A stretch of 64,000 bases of DNA from Epiperipatus broadwayi (lineage: Eukaryota; Animalia; Onychophora), in contig JAQFVV010000003.1 in assembly GCA_028023455.1 (NCBI GenBank), positions 27,218,001-27,282,000 of the forward strand. Direction: 5' to 3'. Below, one piece after another: positions 23,466 to 35,671 of the stretch (positions within the stretch are counted from its first letter, which is position 1; each line of letters opens with the position of its first letter). The notes under the pieces are model-generated. The model was not told where the DNA came from, made no database searches, and was given only the letters and a program-made list of their open reading frames with translations. The position numbers were made by a program, and so were the translations under genes.

Positions 23466-25950
23466 TTACTGGTTTACAACTCCTGGGCTCCATTTGTGTT
23501 TTAAAACATCCAACACCCATACACAATCACCTGGCAAAAACTTTACCACTTTGGTATTATTATTTCTTCTAGTGTTTCCAGGTAGTAGCTTTGTCAAATG
23601 GGTCCAGAGTTTTACCCGTTGCAGTGTTTGGAGTACAGTGTTGAGCATACATAACCTGTATCAAAGCTTCTGCTAAGTTTTTGTTCTAAAGTTTTTTTAA
23701 TGTTTTTTTAAGTGCTGTACTCCTTGTTCCGCTATCCCATTGCTTTCAGGATGGTACGGGGGTGTAAGGTGTTTAATTCCTCCCTTGTTTAGGAAATTCA
23801 TAAATTTTCTTGAAGCAAAACCTGAACCGTTGTCTGTCACAATAGTTTCTGGATAACCATGTGTGGCAAATAGTTCATTTAACACTCAGATGGTACAGTC
23901 CGCACTAGTATCCTTAACTATTTGATACACTGTCCATCTAGAAAAAGCATCAATCACTAATAGCATCAGGTGTCCACCCCATGGGCCAATGTGATCCAGA
24001 TGAATGCGTGTCCATGGAGACTTAGGCAGTTCCCATGTTTCATAATGCTTTGGTGGTAATATGGCCACTTGTTGGCAGTTCCTGCAATTTTTTACCCGGG
24101 TCTCTACTTCATTTGTTAAGTTTAGCCACCATACATATGACCATATGAGGGGCTTCATTTGTATCACTCCTGGATGTCCTTGATGAAGTAGATTTAGGAC
24201 TTATTTAAGATGCATCCATCGCACACAGAAAGTTTATCCCTAGTTATCCAGATAGCTTTGCTCAATTCACTAGGGCATTTCTTTGGCCACCCATTTCTGA
24301 TCCACTTTATGAGCTGTACATAACTATCATTTTTTCTTGTCCATTCCCTTATAGTCATGCTATTTATCTCCTTTGACTATAATGTGTCAATGTAGTTTAT
24401 CTCTTTAGTTTTGAATACCCTTTTTGTGGTGTCTGGCAGCCTATACAAAGCTGCTGCATGTGCGAGTTTTCCCAGGTTCATAGATTAGCTTATAGTCATA
24501 TTGTGACATCAAGTTTGTCCATCGCACCATACGTTGACTTGAGGGTTCTATAACTCCCTTTTCACCACCAAAACATACATTGACTTGGGGGTTCTATATG
24601 TCCCTTTTCACCGCCAAAAATCCCTGTTAAGGGACGATGATCTGTATAGATGGTGAAGTTACAGCCATACACATATTGGTGAAATTTTTTTCCTCACAAA
24701 AATCACTGCCAACACTTCCTTGTCGATCTGGCTATAATTTTTTTTCTGCAGCTGTCAATACTCTTGACGCAAATGCTATTGGACGCTCCCCTTCATAGCA
24801 TGGGTGCAATATGACCACTCACACTCGGATGCACTTTGGTAATGTAACGGTAGTGCTTCTGACATTAATAAGTCTTTTGCAGTTCTAAAAGCATTCTCCT
24901 GTGCATCAGTCCAGATATATCACTGTTTCTTTTTTAACAACATGTATAATGGTGACAGCAAGTGTGACTTTCTTCTAAAAAACTCTCATAAAAGTCCTAA
25001 AAATGCCTGCAATTCTTTGATGTTTTTGGGTTTCTTAGCATTTTTTATAGCCTTTACTTTTTCAGGGTCGGGTTTTCATTTATTGTGTGTCCCAGGAACT
25101 TGATTTCTCGAGCTGACCAAATGCATTTATTAATATTAAGTTTGCTTGCTTTGGCCAGAGTCCTGAACAAATCTGATCTATCCGTTTCTCATGTTCTGTC
25201 TTAGTCACACCAATAATTCAAATGTCATCTAAAGAAGGTATCACTCCTTCCATAGACATGAATAGCATGTCCATTTTAGCCTGGAATACATTTGGAGCAA
25301 TGGTTACCCCATATGGCAATTTATTACATGTGTATAATCCCTTACGCATAGTCAGTGTAATTCGGATGTATCTTTTGTTACTGGGATCTGGTGGAAAGCT
25401 GCACTTAGATCAATTTTTGCGAAATACTTGGGACTTCTGTAATGATGCCAATATTTCTTTTAAGCTTGGGACCGGGTATGCACCTGTTTATATATTTGTT
25501 GACTCTAACTCTAATCTCTGCATAATCTTATACTCCCATCTGGTTTTACTATGGTTGCAATAGTAGTTGCCCAGGATGATTCTTCAGTGGACGTTAATAC
25601 ACCTTTTGATACTAAATCCAATATTACCTTTTCCAACCTCTCCCTCATCATGAACAGTACTTTTCTGGGCTTACAAACAATGGCTTTGGCTTCTGGTACT
25701 AATTCTATGTCTATTGGTCTTGTTCTAAATTCTGCTGGACCTGATGTAACAGTTCCGGATATTTTTTTATATTTCTTTTTCTATACGGGCAGTCTTTAGT
25801 ATATTTATGTGTAGCCCAGTTTGTGCCCAATAATGGACTAAGGTCTTTATTAACTATATACAGTGTCAAAGATTTGTCTGGAGTTAAGTGTTACAGGCAG
25901 TTAATTTTCCTCAGATATCAACTTTGTTTCCGTTTGTGTTACAATTGTGT
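23466..25950 (-). pseudogene. gypsy RT-RNaseH-integrase, disrupted
   Basis: Integrase motifs HLDHIGP, LLVIDAFSRW, PETIVTDNGS, PPYHPESNGIAE; zinc finger YVWW...CRNCQ; C-terminal PGDCVWV...KWSPG. Confidence 0.88.
24528..24619. repeat. 46-bp tandem duplication inside gypsy RNase H region
   Basis: catacgttgacttgagggttctata...caccaccaaaa repeated with a few substitutions. Confidence 0.75.
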
Positions 25951-25955
25951 CAGCC

Positions 25956-26896
25956 TTATGTAGCTTTATATTTACTGTCTCGAGATATCTGTCCAATCCG
26001 TGATACCAACAACAATCCAGCTCCACTATCCACTTCCATTGTGATCACTTTTCCACAGACCTGCAAATCCAGAAGAATGTGATGTTTTATTGCCGCCTTT
26101 TGAGTCTTAATGGTTGATTTTTTATATTCTACTCCTACCCGGGGTTTGAGGTCGACATTTTTTTTCTGTGCCTCACCATCTTTATAATAATGCATGGCCA
26201 CTAAATATCCTCTCTTGTTACATTTTCTACATATTGTATCCTTGTGCCTACAGCTGCTTATTGTATGACCGGATTTTTCACAGCAAGTACAATTTTGTTG
26301 TTTGGTGTGTCCGCTGAAAGACGTAGTCAAATTTTTTCTTTTCTCTACTGAAAGCAATCTTTTCTGGTGATTTTGATCTGGTATATTCTGATGCGATGTT
26401 GAGCATGGCCTTTGCGTGACACATTTATCAATCGCTGTTTTGTATGTTAATTCCGAATCACTTAATAAGATCTTCCTGAAGTTTGCATCCGTCATTCTGT
26501 ACAAGAACTGTTCCAACAATGAGTCATTTATCTCTGGACTGTATTCACATTCCTTGGCCAGTTTTCGCAATGTAAGATAGTAATCCATGTATTTCTCTTG
26601 CGGTGACTGCATTCTGTTTCTCAGCCTAAGGTGTGCTATCCATTTAGACTGTTTCAGTAGAAAGTATTCATTCAACTTTTGTATAAATTCCTGATACGTG
26701 AAATCTTCAGGACAGTAATCCTGTTTGCTAATTGGATTGTGTCTTTTCCCGCTAAATATAATAGCATGGAAATCTTTTATCTATCATCCTCAATTCTATT
26801 TATGAACGTATAATATTCTGCTTGTTCAATTTAACTCTTCCACGAGTCAACATCATTTACATCGAACTCGCGCATTATAGCATTAATGGCCGCCAT
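25956..26896 (-). pseudogene. gypsy gag-protease, disrupted
   Basis: ATG at 26896 (MAAINAIMREFD). Contains LRKLAKECEY, Cys/His knuckles CTCCEKSGHTISSC and CRKCNKRGY, and protease VDSGA. Confidence 0.85.
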
Positions 26897-28208
26897 GTTG
26901 TTTTTATACGTAACATTTTTTACGAGTGCCTCATTTTAATCTTGGGCTTCTAATCCTGTACAACTGCACGACTCTGCTATGTCTTAGGATTTAATTAAGC
27001 TAACCAGTAAGATGGCAATAAATACAATTTACTTTCATTTATAATTCTATATATTTTAATAACTACTTTCAACAACATGGACATACAATTATACTATAAA
27101 ATAAAACACACAAGACTTCATTTAGTTTATTTACATACCAATATAAATAATATTCACTATTTACCAGTCCTTATTTTCATGCCTTGCCACAGTAGCCATT
27201 TTATCTACTGCTTTCTCGGTTACGGATTTCATATTTTCCTTAAGGCTGTGCACGATAACATCCCAGGAACTGAGAGCGATAAATCTCCGCCATCAGTTTT
27301 ATACTATACCAATTTTATCGGGATATCCTGGAAACCATAATTAACAGCAGAGCTCTCTTTATATTTTTTGTGGAGAATTTACATTACAAGGTAAGTACAT
27401 CACTATTTATCACAAACTAAATGTATATAGTATGCGTATATTACAAATGAATGCATATAGTCCTTTTAGAAACAACTAAAACAATTTAAATGTCTTTCAG
27501 ACATTTACTATTTCCATATATAAGCAAAATTCATTATAGTTCCATTTTAAGGGCTTGCAACACACACGATTTATCATTTTTTAAATCATAATTCCATTAC
27601 TAATTTCTCATTGCTAATTGCTTTCTGAAGACCGGGTGAATTTTTTCTATTTTCAGTCTTTAATTTGTATGCAAATACAGTATTTATATTTGCAAACAAA
27701 TTTTATTCAATTTAATTTTCTATAATACTGGTATCTTTTGTAGATTTTCTAGAATAGTTTTAAAGGAAAATAATTTAATATTAAAATAATCTGTATATAC
27801 TTACAAAAAATAAATGATCTTTACAATATATTTTACAATGCATACATTCCACTCCTCTAAAAATAATGGCCTCAATGATATAGTTTCCAAGCTTAACAGG
27901 TGATCAGCATATACATAAAGTTTTGGGAGTAGATCTTTCTACTTTCTCCATTGTTGTAGTTATTCTGTTTTTCCACATGGAAAAAACTCCTTTTTATCAT
28001 TTAATTGCTTTACTAACAACATATCTTTTTTCCTTACTTCTTTCATTTATTAATATTCCAACATGTATGTGACCAAGTGTATCAACAGTATGAGATAGAC
28101 AAAGCAAAACTCTCCACACAGTATTGCCACCCTGTGCCAACCAGAGTAATCAATGAATGCCAGAAGGCTTGTGCATAAAATCCTATCTAATGCCTACTCA
28201 TCCAATAT

Positions 28209-28248
28209 CCCCAGACTAGTTTCTGGCTTGTGGCCATCGTCAGTGAAG
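28209..28248 (-). ncRNA. Minimal type-I hammerhead ribozyme, intact consensus
   Basis: CUUCA CUGACGA UGGC-CACAA-GCCA GAAA CUAG UC UGGGG. Full core, 4-bp stem II, 5-bp stem I (two G-U), palindromic CUAG stem III, GUC cleavage triplet. Confidence 0.8.
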
Positions 28249-28279
28249 AGCTTTGGATCTGAGAGCACTGCACCTAGAT

Positions 28280-28319
28280 CCTCACTGACAATGGCCACAA
28301 CCCAGAAACTAGTCTGGGG
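28280..28319 (+). ncRNA. Hammerhead copy with core mutation
   Basis: CCUCA CUGACAA UGGC-CACAA-CCCA GAAA CUAG UC UGGGG. G8 to A and one stem II mismatch. Confidence 0.65.
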
Positions 28320-28499
28320 ATATTGGATGAGTAGGCATTAGAGAGGGATTTTATGCACAAGTCTTCTGGCATTCATTGATTACTCTGGTTGGCAATACTG
28401 TATGGAGAGTTTTTGCTTTGTTTATAAACAAATATGTGCTAGTATAAGAGATAGTGATCATGTGATGCTTAATGGTTTAACACCAATCCTGCCTAATAA

Positions 28500-30760
28500 A
28501 AAAGAGTTCTCTAATGCTTCCGATATATCCTTTAGTCTAGTTTTTTTCAACATGAAGTAAGAATATGCTTAATCCCTTTAAGAAATCCTTAAATTTCTGC
28601 GAAGTAAAAGAGCTTCATTCAACTGTTATTATGAATTCCTCATACTAGTGTATATCAAATATTTCCTTCACCATTATTATGATGCATTCTGCACTCGTAT
28701 TTTTTACTAATCTGTATTCCATTCAACGAAAATGAATCAACTAATATCAGCATTATTTATCCACTTAAGATTACTGTATGATCTAAATGGATATGTATCC
28801 AAAAGGTCATAGACTCTCTCCAAGTTTCTGTTTAAGTGGCAGTTTGTTGTCAACTAGTGCATCTTTTAACCAATAGCTCTATATCATTACTTAAATTTGG
28901 CCACTATATATATATGAAGCTTTCATCCTAATGATTCCAGAATATCCTTGATGAAGATCCAAAATGTGTTCTGTCTTTGGACGAACGAGTAAGCAATGTC
29001 ATTAGCACATATCCATTGTAGACTTAAAGACTATTTCGTACCTTCCAAATCAGAAAATATGATGGATCCTTATAATGTGGCCATTTCCTGATTTTTCAAA
29101 GTCAAATTCAGTATCAAATTCTAGTCAATGAGCATGTAAAAACATTAGTCTGTATCAAGATATTTTCTCCAATGATGGAGGCATTGTTTATGAAAAATAA
29201 ATTGTTGCGAAAAAGATGCAAGAGGTTGGTATGGATAATTTATCTGACTATGGCTCTGAACCTAGAAGATGAAAATAAAAGATTGCTTCATTCTTTAAAT
29301 GTAAAGTATCAATCCTAACAACTTTGAGATTTGTGTTTGTTCTACTAGAAAATGAACTTAATCTTTGGAAAGTACTGGTTGTCAGACAGAAATATTTACC
29401 GCTAAACGTTAAATAATCAAAATCTAAACATGATCGCAATCAGAAATAGTAGCAGAATTTAAGAAAATTATAAATCATGTGGGCAAACACCTAAAATAGA
29501 CCTTTAAAGGGTTTTGTTTGTATACAGAAATAGTTACTTCTAAAAGAACTATATTCATTGGTTATTAATATCTGTTTGTTTAAAGAGATTTTTGAAGTGG
29601 AGATACAAATGTGTAAAGTGGTTTACTCCTTATGCATAAGATATCCACTCGAGAATAAATTAGTCTATTTGAATTAATGGACTATCAAATTAATAATTTT
29701 TTTACATTGTTATTAAATAAATATTATATAACTACTGTGAATATTTATTTTATCACATCCTGTATTGGATACCCTCAGAACCATAACTAAGTTCTGAGGG
29801 TATCCAATACCAGTCAGACCACGATAAAATAACTAACAAATACACATAAGTTACATAATAATGTTTTCTTAACAATATAATGTAAAAAAAAAAATAATAA
29901 TTTGATAGTCCATTAATTCAAATAGCTTCTATAATTTAACCTCAAGTGAAATGAATATTTTGTACACAAGGAGTAAACCAATTTCGTATTTGTCATTCCA
30001 ATTCTAAAATCTCTTTAAACACAAAGATGCATATATTACAAACCAATACATAGTTTTTTTGGATGCAATTATTTTCTAGCAATTTAAATGTCTTTTGGAC
30101 ATTTATTACTTTCATATAAACAAAACTCTTTAAAGTTCCACTTTAGTGCTTGCACTGCACATCATGATTTACTATTTTCTTAATTGTAATTCCGCTACTA
30201 ACTTCTCACTGCAGTCTAATCATTCTATTCACAACCAGTAAATGCCATGTTTGACTGAATGGGCCTTCGAACAGCTTGTGATCTGAATGTCAGCTTTACT
30301 GTCATTTTATATATTGCTATGTCTCTATTATTTTGAAATTCTGCAGTATCTTTCATGACTAACTCTTGTTATACATTTATCCACAGCCTGCTTATGTTAT
30401 TTCAATGCAAACTTGGCATAACTTATTATGTCATCCCTCGTAGCCATGGAATAAGCAGCATGCCATCCAGTTCAACATTAAATTCACCAAGATATGCTAA
30501 TTCCTGCAGTGCTATATCATATATCTGATACCACTCATTCAGTGCCTGTCTATTTCTAAAACGAAATGTGACACATATGTGGATATCACTGGTTTAAAAT
30601 ATGACTTTAATTTTTTTTAAGCTAGAGGTATTACTTTTTCTGGAGGCTTTGGTTTGCAGAACATCTATCTTTGCCTACCAATCCTAACAGCGACACTACC
30701 TTTAGGTTATCATTCTTTATCTTATTAAAGAACATATATTTCTCTATGTACAAACCTTAA
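28500..30760 (-). mobile_element. Heavily deleted gypsy remnant of the same lineage, interrupted by a foldback element
   Basis: gag-like KLKSYFKP...RNRQALNE...LQELA at 30480-30620. Integrase-like IHLDH...LVDSFS...KNTSAECII...FKDFLKGIKHILT at 28540-28800. Confidence 0.65.
29441..30208. mobile_element. Foldback/palindromic element, ~770 bp
   Basis: Imperfect inverted arms around a perfect 20-bp hairpin: gtattggataccctcagaac (29762-29781), 9-nt loop, gttctgagggtatccaatac (29791-29810). Confidence 0.75.
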
Positions 30761-33700
30761 TTTGCTGTGTTGTTAACATCAAATTCTTTAACATTATTGT
30801 GAAATGCCATTTTCAGATTTTGTTTAATTTATATACAAACATTGCAGTTCTTTCAATTATAATATTAACAAACTAATCACCCATGGTAAACTTTTATTAA
30901 TTTATGGGTTCTTTTAACTGTATTAACAACTGTTGCCAGTAGTGTGCAGCCATTTGCTGTACTTCAGGTTCGTGTCATCTGCATCCATGTATTGTAATTT
31001 CCCGTGGTTAAAATAGTTGAGTATTGTTTAGCACTAATAACTGATGACACTAATTATTCATACTTACATGGATGGCTCATGAATAGACTGGTATAAGGTG
31101 AATCACTAATAACAAGAAATCGACAAAACTATCTACCTTTGAGACCACGATTCTCGATAATATATATATAATATAGCAAATATTAGTGTTCCCTATTGCA
31201 AATTAATTTAAACAATCAGTTATAATTGAATGCAAGGTGTTATATGATTGCACTTCTCATGTATCTATGAAGATAGTGTTGTGCTGTACATTTCAAAATA
31301 TTTTGTTTATTGACTAAAATTTAACCAATTGATCTAGAACCCATATAATTGTATCCAAAACAATATACATGGAATTATTTATTTAAGTATTTTATTTCAG
31401 TGCCTTTTTCAAACTAAACTACAATTTCTGAAATTAATCAAAAGTCGCAAATTAATCTTAAATTTTAGTGGAGCTAGACTTTCCCTAATGGCTACCCCAA
31501 CTGGCAGATTTGCATGGGAGTCTATCCTGCCATCTAGTATTCAATGACTGATTTCATGCTTGCAAGATTAATTATGTAATTATTATTATTTTGATGCATT
31601 GTTCATTTTCCTTAGAAATATATTTTACTAAAACAAAATATTCAAATTCTGAAACTTCTTTGGTTTTAATTTATAAAAATCAATGTCATGCTCTCAAATT
31701 AATATTTGACCATTGAACTGCATAAATTAAAACATCAGTTTTAAAAGAGGAGTGTTGTCTGAAAGTAGTTTGCATTAGTGGAATAATATTATATCCATAA
31801 ATATTCAAATATCCTGAAACCATGATGCATTCATGTAAAGCAACAACTGAATCAAGAATATATAATAAGAATAATTGCCCAAATCAATTGGGAAAAAATA
31901 ATTTCACAATTGGAAGAATATAATCTTGTTTAAAAGGAAATTTTTCTAGTGGTCAGGAAAAAATATGATGATTCAAATGACAGTTAAATATTATCCTGCT
32001 CTTGATTCTAATGCTTTTATATCATACGCTGAAACAGAAAATAAAGGATATGTTATAGCAGTTCATTATAAATGGAAACAATAGATTGTGTTAGAAGGTA
32101 ACTGTGTGATCTTTAGTGATTTTTTTTTTTTGCTATAACTTCGTTATAACTTTAAGTCTCTTGTAACAAGCTTTAAATTTCTGGCCACAGTTCATATGTG
32201 TTCTGTCAGTGACTATGTGCATTTATATATATAAGTAAACACACATATGCATGCAAAGAGGAAATAGTATCTTGATAAAGTTCATTGGATTTCTTGAATT
32301 ATAATTTTAAAATATATTTTAAACAAATAAATGTAAAACATTACAACTCATGTTGTAGTATTTCCATCATCCAGTTTAATTACTTTTAAAAAAATTCAAC
32401 CTATATATTTTTTCCAAATATATTAAACTGTTAATAACATAACAAAGGCAAATACTTCTTCCCCCATAAATCAATATCCATAACATTTGACACCATTCAT
32501 CAATTTTTCTATTAAAAAAAAAAAAGAGAGAAATCAGGAGGATTCTCAAAGATAAGTAAATTGAATTTCTATTTAGTATTATCTTTGACAGAATTATCTA
32601 GTTAGTTAGAGCATCATCTTAAATTTAATATTCATGAATCTAAAGATTACTAATTCAAATCCCACGATAGATTTACAAAATATATTTGGAAAATTGAAAA
32701 TAAAGTTTGAATTGTTCTAAAAAATAGTTAATAATGCAATAAGATAATAGAAATAGTTCCAAGACTTATCTATAAGTAAAATGACATTTTCAAAATCACT
32801 CGGGTAAATATAAAACATAAGTGAACATTTTTAAAAATGACATAATGGATAAATAACCAACATTTTTAACACAGATAACAGAAGTTTATGTATTTTGTAA
32901 AAAAAAACGTTTAGCAGATGTTTAAAAAAAAGTAAATATTATTATATACTTTTTTTCTTCTTGGTTGGTAGCATCTACAGTTAACATAAATTAAGGTCAT
33001 TAAAATATTTTATTACTGGTCTAATGTTAACAAGCAAGATGGCTTGGGTTCAAAATTTTGAGGCACTTATGACTCTCTGATCATTAACTTAGATAAAGTA
33101 AGTAAAAGTAGCTACTATATGCAAGTCATCATCAGTGAATATGGTCCAAGGCCAGAAATTAATCAGGAGATAAGAATATAGCACTATAGATAATTTTGAA
33201 GTAAATAGAATAAATTATTAATCTTAGTGCCAATGTGCAAACATTAAAATTATACAGAGGATGAGTAAAAATTTAAATTATTCAATTTATCATGTATCAT
33301 CCAGCACTCATAAATGTGAAAGTCCAATTCCTCCCATATATTTTTGAGGATAGCCCTATTAATAATAATAGTTGTTCATTTGCCACTATCAGATCATGAA
33401 GTAAAAATGGAAACAAGGAGCATATCTATAGAGTAATGCCAAATAAAATTAGTGACAAACAACTCTGGTAAACACAATTAATTGTCATCATTCAAATTTA
33501 AACCAGCCATCACCCTTTTAAAAAGTAAAATCAATCTTGTAATTTAACAGATATACACATTACAACCAATTGATTTGATGACAAAAAAACAAAACAAAAC
33601 AATAAGCTCACTTCATTTTGGTAAATTGCATTCTTTTTTAAAAATGCGCCTTTTTACATTATCAGATGTGAAACAAAGTTATCAATATTACAAAATTCAG

Positions 33701-34836
33701 TAATAAGTTATAAATCTATTAACATTAAGTTAACATTTTTCATATAGTTTCAACAAATGTGAAACATACAATCCCCCTATTTATCTTCATGCAAAAATTC
33801 ATTAAACTATTGAAGATTCTTTTAAGTTACATTTTAAACTCTAAATACAAATAACATCTGCAAGATTCTCACAACCAGTTTTTATTTATTCAGCACTCAA
33901 CATTTAGACAAAAATTACTTTGGTGAAAAGTTTGCACATTGATTACTAATGCACCAACTTTAGTTTGCTATCCTATCTACTGATCTAAAAACTCAAGCAT
34001 TCTAATATTTTGAATCAAGGCATCAATCAGTATATCTATATATAGATCTTAAAATGTTATTTTCAACATATTATAATACCAATAGATATAAGAAATGTAC
34101 AAGTTTTGCTCTAAAAATGGTTCCTGATCAAACAATGAACAACTATAAATTTTCCTACTTAACATTACATGCGATGGAAAAGGAGATAAAATTCATACAC
34201 ATATATATCCCGGCGCTCAAATAAAAATGCACGAATGAATGATATAAAAAAAATTAATAATTACAAAAAAAACAAAAACAAAATTGTATGTTAGGAATCA
34301 GCAGCACAAAGCGTCTAAAATATTTTTAACTACCCCTACCCTAACTACAGATATGACAGTTCATGTTATAACCATCAAATTTTTTCAGGACACACACACT
34401 CTGATGTTTTATTTTATGTCCCATCGACAGACATTTGTTTCTCTTTCCATTATGTTGTTGTTGCAGTTGGAAATAGCCATTATATATATAAAAATTAGTT
34501 CTTAAAATCCCACCAGAATGAAACATTCTAAAATATAGACAATGAAAATAATTATCCCTTATGGCCTGTGTGGTTTGTTGTAATGGTAAAAAGGCAGACT
34601 TTAAAATTTAAGATCCATGGAGCATACCTAGATCAATCATATCTCATGCTCAAATTTCTTATAAATTTCCAAGCAACAAAGTCATTTGATCCTCTTTTTT
34701 AAAAATTATTATTCTTTATTTAAAAAATGTGCTCTAAAATGATACTCATTGTGTTCTGACATATTCTAGTGAATCTGTTTTTAAATATGAAGTACTAAAA
34801 TCCAAGCATGGCTTAACTGATTCTCATTTAGACTAT

Positions 34837-34974
34837 TGTTTAAGAAGCAGAAAACCTAATTTACATGATGGATTATAATAAGTTAACAGAAGATATTAGT
34901 GCTTATGTTTAAGAAGCAGAAAACCTAATTTACATGATGGATTATAATAAGTTAACAGAAGATATTAGTGCTTA
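34837..34974. repeat. Perfect 69-bp tandem duplication
   Basis: tgtttaagaagcagaaaacc...gatattagtgctta occurs twice. Confidence 0.9.
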
Positions 34975-35566
34975 AGGTTATGTAAATGCTTTCTTGTGTA
35001 AACAAAATAATAGCAATCACTAACTAAATACAAATATTTAAGTACTTAAGTTTAATAAATAGAATTTTGGATTAATAATTTTGCTTAAAATGAATAATAA
35101 ATATATATTAGATAAACTATAAGCTCACAACTCTCCCACTGTAAAAAATTAAAGTAAGGTGCTCTCTACCATAAATCTGTCATTCAAAACATTAAAATAA
35201 TTTACTGAAAATACAAAATATACATATTTTATTTTATAAAAACAAATTACTTTGTTACTTCAAAAAAAAAAAAAATCTCTCTCTCTTTTTTTTACTACTT
35301 AGTTGTATAGAGAACAATATATATTTTACAATATTTGGTTAAAATAATTTACTGAAAGTACAAAATATACACATTTTATTTTACAAATAGAAATGTTTGC
35401 TGTTTTTTTTTTTTTTTATAAAAATTTCTTTACAAGTTTTTGTCACTTACTTGCATAGTTAATAATACATATATACTTTAATTTTTTTTTTTTAACAATC
35501 ATATTTAGTTGTAAATGAATTGTCCATTAGTTGCATAGTTAGTAAAGGCATATAGTTTTTAGCAGT

Positions 35567-35671
35567 TCAATATTTTTTTTTGAGTTGCTGGATTTCTTCA
35601 CGAAGTTGTTTAATCTCTGCTAGTAAACCATGATTGGAGGAATTACTTTTCATTATTGCCTTCATCTCTTC
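35567..35671 (-). CDS. NEDD1: NEDD1 terminal coding exon (EEMKAIMKSNSSNHGLLAEIKQLREEIQQLKKKY*)
   Basis: Acceptor ttttag, phase 0, stop TGA at 35567-35569. Aligns with the vertebrate C-terminus ...SVNEGLVAEIERLREENKRLR. Confidence 0.92.
   Translation of the reverse strand, partial: EEMKAIMKSNSSNHGLLAEIKQLREEIQQLKKKY

Larger units (their letters stand above)
22712..27429 (-). mobile_element. Ty3/gypsy LTR retrotransposon (K02A2.6-like), near full length, decayed
   Basis: LTR pair 22712-23172 and 26975-~27429. Minus-strand order gag, PR, RT, RH, IN with stops and frameshifts. Degenerate tRNA-Ser-like PBS (gtgcagttgtacaggatt). Confidence 0.92.
22085..27612. mobile_element. Foldback/palindromic element split by the gypsy insertion (host parts 22085-22477 and 27430-27612)
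   Basis: 22085-22310 is the reverse complement of 22430-22460 plus 27480-27612. The same arms occur in the copy at 29441-30208. Confidence 0.6.
28096..28500. mobile_element. Palindromic Penelope-like pLTR remnant with two hammerhead motifs (family A)
   Basis: Arms ~28096-28260 and ~28280-28425 are inverted copies. 28447-28500 matches the start of the same unit at 42787-42830. Confidence 0.7.

Noticed and set aside
29248-29439. Penelope RT motif (CLDFDYLTFSGKYF)
   Set aside because: It lies between gypsy gag and integrase remnants and lacks the downstream MGS motif; more likely decayed gypsy sequence.
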